From: Pristiophorus japonicus
Lineage: Eukaryota
Direction: 5' to 3'
Assembly: GCF_044704955.1 (NCBI RefSeq)
Contig: NC_091995.1
Span: 13,516,001 to 13,580,000, forward strand
DNA length: 64,000 bases
Of this stretch, positions 23,393 to 35,510 are shown one piece after another. The translations under genes were made by a program, and so were the position numbers. The stretch's first letter is position 1, and the number at the start of each line of letters is the position of its first letter. The notes below the pieces were generated by a model. It was given only the letters and a program-made list of their open reading frames with translations, searched no databases and was not told the origin of the DNA.

Positions 23393-24028
23393 AGCAAGTA
23401 ATCACGAAGGCAAATGGAATATTGACCTTTATTGCATGGGGGATAGAGTATAAAAGCAGAGAAGTCCTGCTACAACTGTACAGGGTATTGGTGAGGCCAC
23501 ACCTGGAGTACTGCGTACAGTTTTGGTCTCCGTATTTAAGGAAGGATATACTTGCATTGGAGGCAGTTCAGAGAAGGTTCAGCAGGTTAATTCTGGAGAT
23601 GACAGGTTGACTTATGAAGATAGGTTGAGCCTATACTCATTGGAGTTCAGATGAATGAGAGGTGATCGTATCGAAACATAAGATAATGAAGGGGCTAGAC
23701 AAGGTGGATGCAGAGTGGATATTTTCACCCATAGGGGAAGAATAAAATTAGATTCAGAATAAGGAGCTACCCATTTAAAACCCCCTCCTCAGGGGGTTGT
23801 AAATCTGTGGAATTATCTGCCCTGGAGAGCGGTGGAGGCTGGGTCATGGAATATATTTAAGGTGGAGATAAGACAGATTTTTGAGCAATAAGGGAGTAAA
23901 GGGTTATGGGGAGCGGGCAGGGAAATGGAGCTGTGTCCATGATCAGATCAGCCATGATCTTATTGAATGTCGGAGCAGGCTCGAGGGGTCAAATCGCCTA
24001 CCCCTGCTCCTATTTCTTATGTTCTTAT
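23393..24028 (+). mobile_element. CR1 3' fragment
   Basis: YKSREVLLQLYRVLVRPHLEYCVQFWSP; tail ttcttatgttctta. Confidence 0.88.
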
Positions 24029-24231
24029 CAGTATGTTTCAAAAGTGTTATGAGTGCCCTTTTCATAATCCAACACTTTTACTGACATCAACTTTTTTTTT
24101 TAATTTCCAGTTTATTTTGAAACTGAATTCAAATTCTCAAACAACTCCCGTTCTCTGGATTATTAGTCCAGTAACGTAATCACTAGATGACCGTATCCTG
24201 GCTGTTTTTGACACCAAAGAAGATTAGTGAA

Positions 24232-24934
24232 CCATAAGAACATAAGAATTAGGAACAGGAGTAGGCCATCTAGCCCCTCGAGCCTGCTCCGCCATTCAAC
24301 AAGATCATGGCTGATCTGGTCGTGGACTCAGCTCCACTTACCCGCCCTCTCCCCGTAACCCTTAATTCCCTTATTGCTTAAAAATCTATCTATCTTTGAC
24401 TTGAAAACATTCAATGAGCTAGCCTCAACTGCTTCCTTGGGCAGAGAATTCCACAGATTCACAACCCTCTGGGAGAAGAAATTCTTTCTCAACTCGGTTT
24501 TAAATTGGCTCCTCCGTATTTTGAGGCTGTGCCCCCTAGTTCTAGTCTCCCCCACCAATGGAAACAACCTCTCTGCCTCAATCTTGTCTATCCCTTTAAT
24601 GATTTTAAATGTTTCTATAAGATCACCCCTCATCCTTCTGAACTCCAAGGAGTAAAGACCCAGTCTACTCAATCTATCATCATAAGTTAACCCCTTCATT
24701 TCTCGAATCAGCCTAGTGAATCGTCTCTGTACCCCTTCCAAAGCTAGTATATGCTTCCTTAAGTAAGGTGACCAAAACTGCACGCAGTACTCCAGGTGCG
24801 GCCTTACCAATACCTTATGCAGTTGCAGCAACACCTCCCTGCTTTTGTACTCCATCCCTTTCGCAATGAAGGCCAACATTCCATTTGCCTTCCTGATTAC
24901 CTGCTGCACCTGCAAACTAACCTTTTGGGATTCA
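24232..24934 (-). mobile_element. CR1 LINE, 3' part (host of the Tx1 array)
   Basis: ESQKVSLQVQQVIRKANGMLAFI...RPHLEYCVQFWSP...VVNLWNSLP; tail ttcttatgttcttatg. Confidence 0.92.
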
Positions 24935-26059
24935 GACACGCTGGCGCGGCGCCTAAATTCTGCCAACGTCCGCCACACGGCCGATGCTAAAAACAGCTCA
25001 GGGCCCTGACTCCGTTAGGTGCATCGAGGAGGCTCAAGCACGTGGGGAGATCCCGTCCGAACTGACCTCCGTCCGGACGGAATTCCTCATCGACGCCAAA
25101 CCCCGGAACCTCCCTCGGGGGCCGGCGCCTCACAACTTGAGCCGCCTCGGGGAAATCCCCTCCGTGCCTTTCAGTTCCGCGCAGAGGGGTTTCCTGTACG
25201 GGCTGCTCCTGCACACTCAACTTTGCCATCCGCGCCTGCCGTCCGGACACGCCATGGCGTACCATCTTGCCGTCCGGAGGAGGCGGGGGTCTCCGATGGA
25301 GGGCACTCTACGCAGGGGTCCTCCCACTATTCATCGGGAACTTGGCCTGGAGGGTGGTGCACGGAGCAGTGCCGTGCAACAAATTTTTAAGCCGGTTCAC
25401 GGACTCCCAGGCCGCCTGCAATTTCTGCGGTCTGGAGGAGTCCGTGTTCCATGTTTTTATTGAGTGCACGAGGTTGCAGCCCCTGTTCCATTATTTGAAG
25501 GGGCTGCTCCTGAAATTCTGGCTGCACTTCAGTCCCACTCTCCTGATCTTTGGGCACCCTGTGCGCAGGGGAGCGGGTAGGTCCGAAGGCCTCCTCGTAG
25601 GACTGCTCTTGGGCACGGCCAAGGGTGCCATCAGCCGGTCCAGGCAGCGGGCGGTCGAGGGGGTCGTTCAACCTGACTGCCTGCCTCTCTTCCGCTCTTA
25701 CATCCGGTCCAGGGTGTCCTTGGAGATGGAGCACGCGGTGTCCACCAGTACGCTCGCGGCCTTCCGCGAGAGGTGGGCACCGGAGGGACTGGAGTGCATC
25801 ATCACGCCCGGCAACCAAATTTTAATTTGATTTTACGTTTTAAAGTTTAATTTGTTTTAATTGCCGGTGTTTTTAGTGTCCCCTTCCCTTTTATAGGGGG
25901 CACTGGGGAAAAATTGTGATTTTAGTGCCCAAAAAAAAAACGAAAAACAAAAAAAAAACAAAAAAAGGAAAAAAAGGGCCTTGTAAATGTCTGGTGTGTC
26001 ACCCAGGTCGGGTGGCATGGTTTAATGTTTTATGTTTTTGCAGGTAGACTCAAAGAGTT
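24935..26059 (+). mobile_element. Tx1 5'-truncated copy 1 (stacked array)
   Basis: zf-RVT/CCHC C-terminus ACNFCGLEESVFHVFIEC...CIITPGNQILI*, 3'UTR ending AAAAGAGT. Confidence 0.92.
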
Positions 26060-26063
26060 TCAG

Positions 26064-27154
26064 ACACGCTGGCGCGGCGCCTAAATTCTGCCAACGTCCG
26101 CCACACGGCCGATGCTAAAAACAGCTCTGGGCCCTGACTCCGTTAGGTGCATCGAGGAGGCTCAAGCACGTGGGGAGATCCCGTCCGAACTGACCTCCGT
26201 CCGGACGGAATTCCTCATCGACGCCAAACCCCGGAACCTCCCTCGGGGGCCGGCGCCTCACAACTTGAGCCGCCTCGGGGAAATCCCCACCGTGCCTTTC
26301 AGTTCCGCGCAGAGGGGTTTCCTGTACGGGCTGCTCCTGCACACTCAACTTTGCCATCCGCGCCTGCCGTCCGGACACGCCATGGCGTACCATCTTGCCG
26401 TCCGGAGGAGGCGGGGGTCTCCGATGGAGGGCACTCTACGCAGGGGTCCTCCCACTATTTGTCGGGGACTTGGCCTGGAGGGTGGTGCACGGAGCAGTGC
26501 CGTACAATAAATTTTTAAGCCGGTTCACGGACTCCCAGGCCGCCTGCAACTTCTGCGGTCTGGAAGAGTCCGTGTTCCATGTTTTTATTGAGTGCACGAG
26601 GTTGCAGCCCCTGTTTTGTTATCTAAAGGGACTGCTCCAGAAATTCTGGCTGCACTTCAGTCCCACACTCCTGATCTTTGGGCACCCTGTGCGGAGGGGA
26701 GCGGGTAGGTCAGAGGGCCTCCTCGTAGGACTGCTCCTGGGCACGGCCAAGGGTGCCATCAGCCGGTCCAGGCAGCGGGCGGGTCGTTCAGCCAGACTGC
26801 CTGCCTCTCTTCTGCGCCTACATCCGGTCCAGGGTGTCCCTGGAGATGGAGCACGCGGTGTCCACCGGTACGCTCGCGGCCTTCCGCGAGAGGTGGGCAC
26901 CGGAGGGACTGGAGTGCATCATCACGCCCGGCAACCAAATTTTAATTTGATTTTATGTTTTTAAGTTAATTTGTTTTAATTGCCGGTGCTTTTAGTGTTC
27001 CCCTCTCCTTTTATAGGGGGCACTTGGAGAAAAAAATTTGATTCTGTGCCCAAAAAAACCCCCCCAAAAAATAAAAAAAGGGCCTTGTAAATGTTGGTGT
27101 TTCCCCCAGATCGGGGGGCACGGTTTAATGTTTTTTGTTTGCTCCTAAAAGAGT
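26064..27154 (+). mobile_element. Tx1 5'-truncated copy 2
   Basis: Same 5' breakpoint (GACACGCTGGCGCGG) as copy 1; ends AAAAGAGT. Confidence 0.92.
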
Positions 27155-27159
27155 TTTAT

Positions 27160-29041
27160 GCATCCTCCGCCAGAATCAACTGGGAGAAATGTTCCGGACT
27201 CCTGGTGGGTCAGTGGCGGGTGGACTCCCTGCCGGAGGAGCTCAGGCCTTTTGCCTGGACCACGACCCATCTCCTCTATCTGGGAGTCTACCTTTGCCCC
27301 GACGAGGAAGCCTGGCCGGCGAACTGGCAGGAGCTGGAGGCCAAGGTCGCCGCTCGCCTAGGGCGCTGGACAGGAGTGCTCCGAGGGCTGTCCTACAGGG
27401 GTCGAGCGCTAATCATAAACCAGCTGGTGGCCGCCATGTTGTGGTACCGGCTGGTCACTTTGACCCCTCCCCCTGCGTTTGTCGCCAAGATACAGAAGAA
27501 GCTGGTGGACTTCTTCTGGAACAACAGGAAGCACTGGGTCTCTGCCGCGGTCTTGAGTCTCCCGCTTGGGGAGGGCGGTCAGTCGTTGGTGTGAGTCAGC
27601 GCCCAGCTCGCGACTTTCCGTCTTCAGACCCTGCAGAGATACCTTTACGTTGAGCCCCCTCCTAAGTGGCGTGCTCTGGCGATGTATTTCTTCCGCCAGC
27701 AGCACGGCCTCAACTATGACACGCAGCTCCTGTTTGAGAGTGTGGGGGGCGTCAGGACCGCCCTCCGGGAGCTGCCTGTCTTTTACAAGGAACTCATCAG
27801 GGTCTGGAACAAAGTCTCCACCAAGCGCAACTCTCCACCGGCTGGAGTGGCGGCCGTCCTGCAGGAGCCGCTGCTCGGGAATCCGTACCTCCACGACCGA
27901 GGTTTTTGGTGGCGGTCGGACGAGGGGGCTGTGGCTGGTGAGGTGACCAGGGTCAGGGACCTGCTCGATGGCGGAGGAGCGGGCTGGATGGCGCCTAAAT
28001 TCTGCCAACGTCCGCCACGGGGCCGATGCCATCGAGTCGCTAAAAAGAGCTCTGGGCCCCGACTCCGTTAGGTGCATCGAGGAGGCTCAAGCACGTGGGG
28101 AGATCCCGTCCGAACTGACCCCCGTCCGGACGGAATTCCTCATCGGCGCCAAACCCCGGAACCTCCCTCGGGGGCCGGCGCCTCACAACTTGAGCCGCCT
28201 CGGGGAAATCCCCTCCGTGCCTTTCAGTTCCGAGCGGAGGGGTTTCCTGTACGGGCTGCTCCTGCACACTCTCAACTTTGCCATCCTCGCCTACTGTCCG
28301 GACATGCCATGGCGTACCATCTTGCCGTCCGGAGGAGGCAGGGGTCCCCGATGGAGGGCACTCTACGCAGGGGTCCTCGCACTATTTATCGGGGACTTGG
28401 CCTGGAGGGTGGTGCACGGAGCAGTGCCGTGCAATAAATTTTTAAGCCGGTTCACGGGATCCCAGGCCGCCTGCAATTTCTGCGGTCTGGAAGAGTCAGT
28501 GTTCCATGTTTTTATTGAGTGCATGAGGTTGCAGCCCCTGTTTTGTTATTTAAAGGGGCTGCTCCTGAAATTCTGGCTGCACTTCAGTCCCACACTCCTG
28601 ATCTTCGGGCATCCTATGCGGAGGGGAGCAGCTAAGGGTGCCATCAGCCGGTCCAGGCAGCGGGCGGTCGAGGGGGTCGTTCAGCCAGACTGCCTGTTTC
28701 TCTTCCGCGCATACATCCGGTCCAAGGTGTCCTTGGAGATGGAGCACGTGGTGTCCACCGGTACGCTCGCGGCCTTCCGCGAGAGGTGGGCACCGGAGGG
28801 ACTGGAGTGCATCATCACGCCCGGCAACCAAATTTTAATTTGATTTTATGTTTTTAAGTTAATTTGTTTTAATTGCCGGTGCTTTTAGTGTCCCCCTTCC
28901 CTTTTATAGGGGGCACTTGGAGAAAAAATTCGATTCTGTGCCCAAACCCCCTACCCCCCCAAAAAAGGGCATTGTAAATGTTGGTGTTTCCCCCAGATCG
29001 GGGGGCACGGTTTAATGTTTTTTGTTTGCTCCTAAAAGAGT
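27160..29041 (+). mobile_element. Tx1 5'-truncated copy 3 (longer)
   Basis: ASSARINWEKC, YLGVYL, LSYRGRALIINQL, LPLGEGG post-RT motifs through to the C-terminus; ends AAAAGAGT. Confidence 0.92.
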
Positions 29042-30720
29042 TTCATGCACAAGGACCCCCAGGTCCCTCTGCACCACAGCATGTTGTAATTTCTCCCCAT
29101 TCAAATAATATTCCCTTTTACTGTTTTTTTTCCCCCCAAGGTGGATGACCTCACACTTTCCGACATTGTATTCCATCTGCCAAACCTTAGCCCATTCGCT
29201 TAACCTATCCAAATCTCCTTGTAGCCTCTGAGTCCTCTACACAACCCGCTTTCCCACTAATCTTAATGTCATCTGCAAATTTTGTTGCACTACACTCTGT
29301 CCCCTCTTCCAGGTCATCTATGTATATTGTAAACAGTTGTGGTCCCAGCACCGATCCCTGTGGCACACCACTAACCACTGATTTCCAACCGGAAAAGGAC
29401 CCATTTATCCCGACTCTCTGCTTTCTGTTCGCCAGCCAATTCTCTATCCATGCTAATACATTTCCTCTGACTCCGCGTACCTTTATCTTCTGCAGTAACC
29501 TTTTGTGTGGCACCTTATCAAATGCCTTTTGGAAATCTAAATACACCACATCCATCGGTACACCTCTATCCACCATGCTTGTTATATCCTCAAAGAATTC
29601 CAGTAAGTTAGTTAAACATGATTTCCCTTTCATGAATCCATGCTGTGTCTGCTTGATTGCACTATTCCTATCCAGATGTCCCGCTATTTCTTCCTTAATG
29701 ATAGCTTCAAGCATTTTCCCCACTACAGATGTTAAACTAACCGGCCTATAGTTACCTGCCTTTTGCCTGCCCCCTTTTTTAAACAGAGGCGTTACATTAG
29801 CTGCTCTCCAATCCGCTGGTACCTCCCCAGAGTCCAGAGAATTTTGATAGATTATAACAAATGCTATAACTTCCGCCATCTCTTTTAATACCCTGGGATG
29901 CATTTCATCAGGACCAGGGGACTTGTCTACCTTCAATCCCATTAGTCTGTCCAGCTCTACCTCCCTAGTGATAATGATCATCTCAAGGTCCTCCCTTCCC
30001 ACATTCCTATGACCAGCAATTTTTGGCATGGTTTTTGTGTCTTCCACTGTGAAGACCGAAGCAAAATAATTGTTTAAGGTCTCAGCCATTTCCACATTTC
30101 CCATTATTAAATCCCCCTTTTCATCTTCTAAGGGACCAACATTTACTTTAGTCACTCTTTTCCATTTTATATATCTGTAAAAGCTTTTACTATCTGTTTT
30201 TATGTTTTGCGCAAGTTTACCTTCGTAATCTATCTTCCCTTTCTTTATTGCTTTTTTAGTCATTCTTTGCTGTTGCTTAAAATTTTCCCAATCCTCTAGT
30301 TTCCCACTAACCTTGGCCACCTTATACGCATTGGTCTTTGATTTGATACTTTCCTTTATTTCCTTGGTTATCCACAGCTGGTTATCACTTCTCTTGCCGC
30401 CCTTCTTTTTCACTGGAATATATTTTTGTTGCGCATTATGAAAGAGCTCCTTAAAAGTCCTCCACTGTTCCTCAATTGTGCCACCGTTTAGTCCTTGTTT
30501 TCAGTCTACTTTAGCCAACTCTGCCCTCATCCCACTGTAGTCCCCTTTGTTTAAGCATAGTACGCTTGTTTCTGACACAACTTCCTCATCCTCAATCTGT
30601 ATTACAAATTCAACCATATTGTGATCACTCATTCCGAGAGGATCTTTTACGAGGAGATCGTTTATTTTTCCTGTCTCGTTACACAGGACCAGATCCAAAA
30701 TGGCTTGCTCCCTTGTAGGC
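29042..30720 (-). mobile_element. CR1 LINE, 5' part (APE end + RT) of the same element
   Basis: SDHNMV, KSPGPD, NYRPVSLTS, YLDFQKAFDKV, GVPQGSVLGP, KFADD; LGVLVHE joins ESQKVS across the Tx1 array. Confidence 0.92.
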
Positions 30721-31261
30721 TGTTACATACAGTTGGGTTTTTTTTGTTTACAAAATCTTACACTTCCAGTGCCAGTACTGAGGGAGTGCTGCAGTGTCAG
30801 AGGTGCCGTCTTTCAGATGAGGCATTAAGCTGGGGCCCTGTCTGCTCTCTCGGGATTCCATGGCCACTATTTCAAAGAAGAGCAAGAGAGCTCTCCCTGG
30901 TGTCCTGAACATTATTTATCCCTCAACAAACACTGCTGCTCGTGGGAGCTTGCGATATGCAAATTGGCCGCCACGTTTCCTACATTACAACAGTGACTGC
31001 ACTTCAAAGCTACATCACTGGCTGTGAAGCGCTTTAGAACTTCCTGAGTTTGTGAAAGGAGCAATATAAATGCAAGTCTTTCTTTCTATTTTGCAATAAC
31101 CTGGCAGCTCGTGTTCATTTTCTGGCATAGGTCCAAAGAGTACAAGCATTGTTAAAATGAATTGCACAATTTACCAAGGTGGAATTTGAACTTATCACCT
31201 CAGCATTGCTAATGCAGGGCCAAAACCCCACCCAGTCTTGAATCCCACTTCACTCCCACCT

Positions 31262-31557
31262 AGATCTAGGGGGCATAGTTTAAGAAGGGATCGTCCATTT
31301 AGAACAGAAATGAAGCGGAATTTCTTCTCTCGAGGGCCATAAATCTGTGAAAATCTCTACCCCCAAGAGCTGTGGAGGCTGGGTCATTGAATATATTTAA
31401 GGTGGAGATACAGACACATTTATGAACGATAAGGGAGTGAAGGGTTATGGGGGGCGGGCAAGGAAGTGGAGTTGAGTCCAAGAACAGATCTTATTGAATG
31501 GCGGAGCAGGCTCCAGGGGCCAAATAGCCCACTCCTGCTCATATTTCTTATGTTCTA
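31262..31557 (+). mobile_element. CR1 3' fragment
   Basis: ctagggggcatagtttaag...ttcttatgttcta. Confidence 0.8.
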
Positions 31558-31799
31558 TCCCGCAAGCAAGCCCAACCCCACGACCCAAAGCCCATGACAA
31601 CCCCCCTCCCCCAAGGTCTTAACACCACCTTCAAGCCCGCGGTCCGACGCGACCCCACCCCCCCCCCACAAGCCCGCGACCCTCTTCCCCCCCCAAGCCA
31701 GTGACCCTATTGCCCCAAGCCAGTGACCCTATTGCCCCAAGCCCACCCTGCAGACGTCAGGCCCAACCACCCTTGACAATCTGGTCTCCAGGGAAGTAC

Positions 31800-31912
31800 C
31801 TGCAAAAGTAATGCTCGCAGTCCAGCTCCACGGGGTCGGTGAAGATCGCCAGGCACAGAGGACAGGTCAGGTCCACGACGAGTTGTGAAATACCGTCTCC
31901 CAACGCCGCCAT
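31800..31912 (-). CDS. TRIM (RBCC) E3 ubiquitin ligase, coding exon 1 (N-terminal half of RING)
   Basis: ATG at 31912 in context AAGATGGCG; encodes MAALGDGISQLVVDLTCPLCLAIFTDPVELDCEHYFC+AG (C3HC4 RING start); donor AG|GTACTT; 113 nt, phase 2, compatible with the next exon. Confidence 0.9.
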
Positions 31913-32350
31913 CTTCGCACCAGCCGCGGAGTGGTGGGGGGAGGGGGAGCGGCAGCAGCCAATCACAGCGCCACACCCGCACGGTACGTGTACGGGGCAG
32001 CCAGCCCCGCAGCACACAAGCAGGGCGCCGGTCAAGGCCGCGACAGCCAATCATGGCGCCGAGCCGCCGATGATGGCAGCCAATCAACGCGCCGTTCCGG
32101 GCCGCGGTAGCCAATTACAGACTTTGGCCAATCCAAATCGTCAATCCTTTTATCCAATCAGTCTCCGCCTGGATAGCTTTGCCCACAGTGCGGCCCACAG
32201 CTCACAACCGTGCTCCATGCTGGCCAATCAAAACAGCGACTGGGAGCGCCTTACACGTCACGTGGTGCGTGAGCCAATCAGCGGTACGGGTAAGACACAG
32301 CGATAAAGAGGACGAAAAGGAGCGTCCGTCTGGCTAGCCAATCACAACGC
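31913..32350 (-). promoter_or_regulatory. TRIM CpG-rich, TATA-less promoter/5'UTR with nine CCAAT boxes
   Basis: CCAAT on + strand at 31959, 32047, 32080, 32111, 32128, 32154, 32224, 32274, 32338; CACGTG E-box near 32259; YY1-type AAGATGGCGGC overlapping the ATG. Confidence 0.75.
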
Positions 32351-32619
32351 TCGGTCGCCAGAGTGACAGGCCTGATGATTGAATCACCTCCACTGCAAGA
32401 TTGGAACTTTGCTGCATTGTTAACTTATTTGCTGATAAATTATGTAAAACTTCCAGTATTTTCTATCTTAAATTATTCCTGCAGTTTAAAAAAATAGTAA
32501 TATGCTGACAGAAGTAAAATGAACACTTTTGGAAACTTTTATACTTTTCAATTTGACCTCTTTAATAATAGTCTTGCATAGATTTATTTTTCCTGATAAT
32601 ACTTTTAAGCAAACCAAAT

Positions 32620-33445
32620 AATCATCATCCTCGAGCGAGGATGACTTGCTTCCACGAGAGTTCACTGATGGTTCAATGTCAGACCCGATGTTCCAGTCCT
32701 GACACTCCATTTGAGGGGGTGGAAGATGCCTGTGCGTGGATTTTTGTTAACGTGTGGTGACCATTGGCACATCAGCCACCACACGGGCTTGACAGAACTA
32801 GGCTTTTATCCAGTCGCAAGGGTTGAACCAGGTCGACTGGCAACCTGCTCTGCTGCATGAACCCAGTGCGTACACATATCGCAGCGTGGGCTGGCTCGTA
32901 CTGCTCCTGGGCTCTTCTGGGCCCCATACCCTCATTCGCCGCACCTCTGCCACATTGTTCCAGGGCCTGGCACTCCAGGTCTATTTAGAGCCCGGTCCTG
33001 CGGTGCTGTTCTCACACAGGTCAGTGCAGCCCACGATGTTCCAGGGCTCGGTGCTCCAGCTCTATTTAGAGCCCTGACCTGCGGTGCTGTTCTCACACAG
33101 GTCAGTGCAGCCCACGATGTTCCAGGGCTCAGTGCTCCAGCTCTATTTAGAGCCCCGACCTGCGGTGCTGTTCTCACACAGGTCAGTGCAGCCCACGATG
33201 TTCCAGGGCCCAGTGCTCCAGCTCTATTTAGAGCCCCGACCTGCGGTGCTGTTCTCACACAGGTCAGTGCAGCCCACGATGTTCCAGGGCCCAGTGCTCC
33301 AGCTCTATTTAGAGCCCCGACCTGCGGTGCTGTTCTCACACAGGTCATTGAGGCCTATGATGTTCCAGGGCCCGGCGCTCCAGCTCTATTTATAGCCTTG
33401 ACTGCAGTGGTGTTCTCACATAGGTTGGGGCGGCCAACGATGTTC
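32620..33445 (-). mobile_element. RTE-tailed element, copy C, with an 81-bp tandem array
   Basis: Tail atcatcatcctcgagcgaggatgacttgcttccac; about six 81-bp units at 32955-33445. Confidence 0.8.
32955..33445. repeat. 81-bp minisatellite, about six copies
   Basis: Unit ccagggcccagtgctccagctctatttagagccccgacctgcggtgctgttctcacacaggtcagtgcagcccacgatgtt; appears as 27-aa repeats in spurious ORFs. Confidence 0.92.
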
Positions 33446-34561
33446 CATGATTAACAAACCAAATAATATATAACTTGTGAAAGCCAAACACTGTGGATGC
33501 TGGAAATCTGAAATGAAAGCATAAAATGCTGGTAAACACTTGGGCTTTTGAGGTGTAGCTACTGTAGGAAACGCGGCAGCCAATTTGCGCACGGCAAGCT
33601 CACACAAACAGCAATGTGATAATGACCAGATCCTCTGATAAATAAGAGATAAATATTAGCCAAGTCACAGGGAGAACTCCAAATCTCTTCTCCGATACAT
33701 ATAATCCAGGTTGACACTCCAGTGCCAGTACTGAGGGAGTGCTGCCGCACTGTCGGAGGTGCCACCTTTCGAATAAGACATTAAATCGAGTCCCCATCTG
33801 CCCTTAGATGGAAAAGATCCAATGGCACTATATCGAAGAAGAGCCGGGTCCCGCTTAAGTCATATTATATTCCATTTGTGGACTTGCAACACCTGATGCG
33901 CCTTAAATTATCTGCAAATCTTCTGTTTAAATGTAAGTGGAAATCGAGATATTTGTATTTCAATAAAATCTACATTTGATTACAACATTCTTAATTTCCA
34001 TCAAATGTGTGTAAAGTATTTATATAGTGATACATTTAGTATATATAGAGAGATTCATATATATATATTTGTAGAGAGAGATAACTGGAAAATATGTCTC
34101 TAATTGCTAAGAGTTTAAATCCAGAATCATTGAACTGCACCATTTGGGATGGATGCTCAAACCACGCTAAACTAGCTAATCTTGGCGGAGGCAGCAATTC
34201 GGGTGCAACAATCGACCCCGACACTCTTAGGTTAGGAAGAGGAATGTCTCCACTCCCGCTTACAAATCAGCTGATACGTCACAGGGATGAGAATTTTAAA
34301 ATTGAGGCATTGCCAGACCGGGAGCGCACCTAGGTCAGCAAGCACAGGAGGCCATGTGGAGGGGACTTACTGCGAGTTAGGACATGGGCAGCAAGGATTT
34401 GGGATGATCTCCAGTTTAACATATACGGAAAAAAATCATCCCAAGGCGCTTCGCTGAGGCGTCATCAATAAAAATAAAGAATAAAACAAATCAGGGATTG
34501 AATTGAAACTGAATATTGTCTTTGGGCCAAAGCCACGCCATTGATGAGCTGCTCAGAGCAG

Positions 34562-35075
34562 CATCGTCATAGATAGTCCCTCGAAATCGAGGAAGTCTTG
34601 CTTCCACTCTAAAAGTGAGTTCTCAGGGGACTGTACAGCCCAATACGGGAATTACAGTCTCTGTCACAGGTGGGGCAGACAGTGGTTGAAGGAAAGGGTG
34701 GGTTGGGAGCCTGGTTTGCCGCACGCTCCTTCCACTGCCTGCACTTGATTTCTACATGCTCTCAGCAACAAGACTCAAGGTGCTCAGCCCCCTCCCGGAT
34801 GCTCTTCCTCCACTTAGGGCCAGGGACTCCCAGGTGTCGGTGGGGATGTTGGACTTTATCAAGGAGGCTTAGAGGGTGTCCTTGAAATGTTTCCTCTGCC
34901 CACCTGGGGCTCGCTTGCTGTGTCGGAGTTCCGAGTAGAATGCTTGCTTTGGGATTCTCGTGTCGGGCCAAAGTGGCCCGGTCCAACGGAGCTGGTCGAG
35001 TGTGGTCGGTGCTTCGATGCTGGGGATGTTGGCCTGATCGAGAACACTGATGTTGGTGCGTCTATCCTCCCAGGA
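34562..35075 (-). mobile_element. RTE-clade LINE 3' fragment
   Basis: WEDRRTNISVL, QLRW, RIPKQ..YSEL, GGQRK.FKDTL; tail gtggaagcaagacttcctcgatttcgagggactatctatgacgat. Confidence 0.85.
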
Positions 35076-35279
35076 CATCGTTAGTGATATTTCTCCAGAG
35101 ATTTGAGCTGTCGACTGTATATGGTCCCAGAGCCCAGAAACTGTTGCTGACACTCAGAGGCACAACATGCTGCTTGTCATCTACTTTCACTTTATCTCCA
35201 GGCCCCAGCTGATCAAAGCCCAGTCCATTCCCCGTCCTCTCCCCATTTCCTCCCCTCCTCCCTTTCCCCGGATCCCGGA

Positions 35280-35510
35280 ACAACTTTCTGTCTCTTTCCA
35301 GAAGCTTCTCCCCCTGACCCGCACCTTCGAGAAGCCTCTCGGACTCTCGGCCGTCTCGCCGACTCACCGCGCTCTGATTGGCCGCCGCCTCGGAACCGCC
35401 CCCGACCGTCGGCGGTGAGCTCACCGAGCCGCGTCCTGATTGGTCCGCTCCGCCGTCAATCAGCCAGCCAACACCGCCCACCCCGCGGCGCTGAGGCAAT
35501 ATAAAAGGGC
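35280..35510 (+). promoter_or_regulatory. HSP70-1 promoter: HSEs, two inverted CCAAT boxes, TATA
   Basis: Perfect HSE tTTCcaGAAgcTTCt 35295-35309; second cTTCgaGAAgcCTC from 35325; CTGATTGG twice; TATAAAA 35500-35506. Confidence 0.9.

Noticed and set aside
32932-33395. ORFs with 27-aa repeats, or a CRISPR-like array
   Set aside because: Plain 81-bp tandem repeat with no unique spacers; eukaryotic retroelement head
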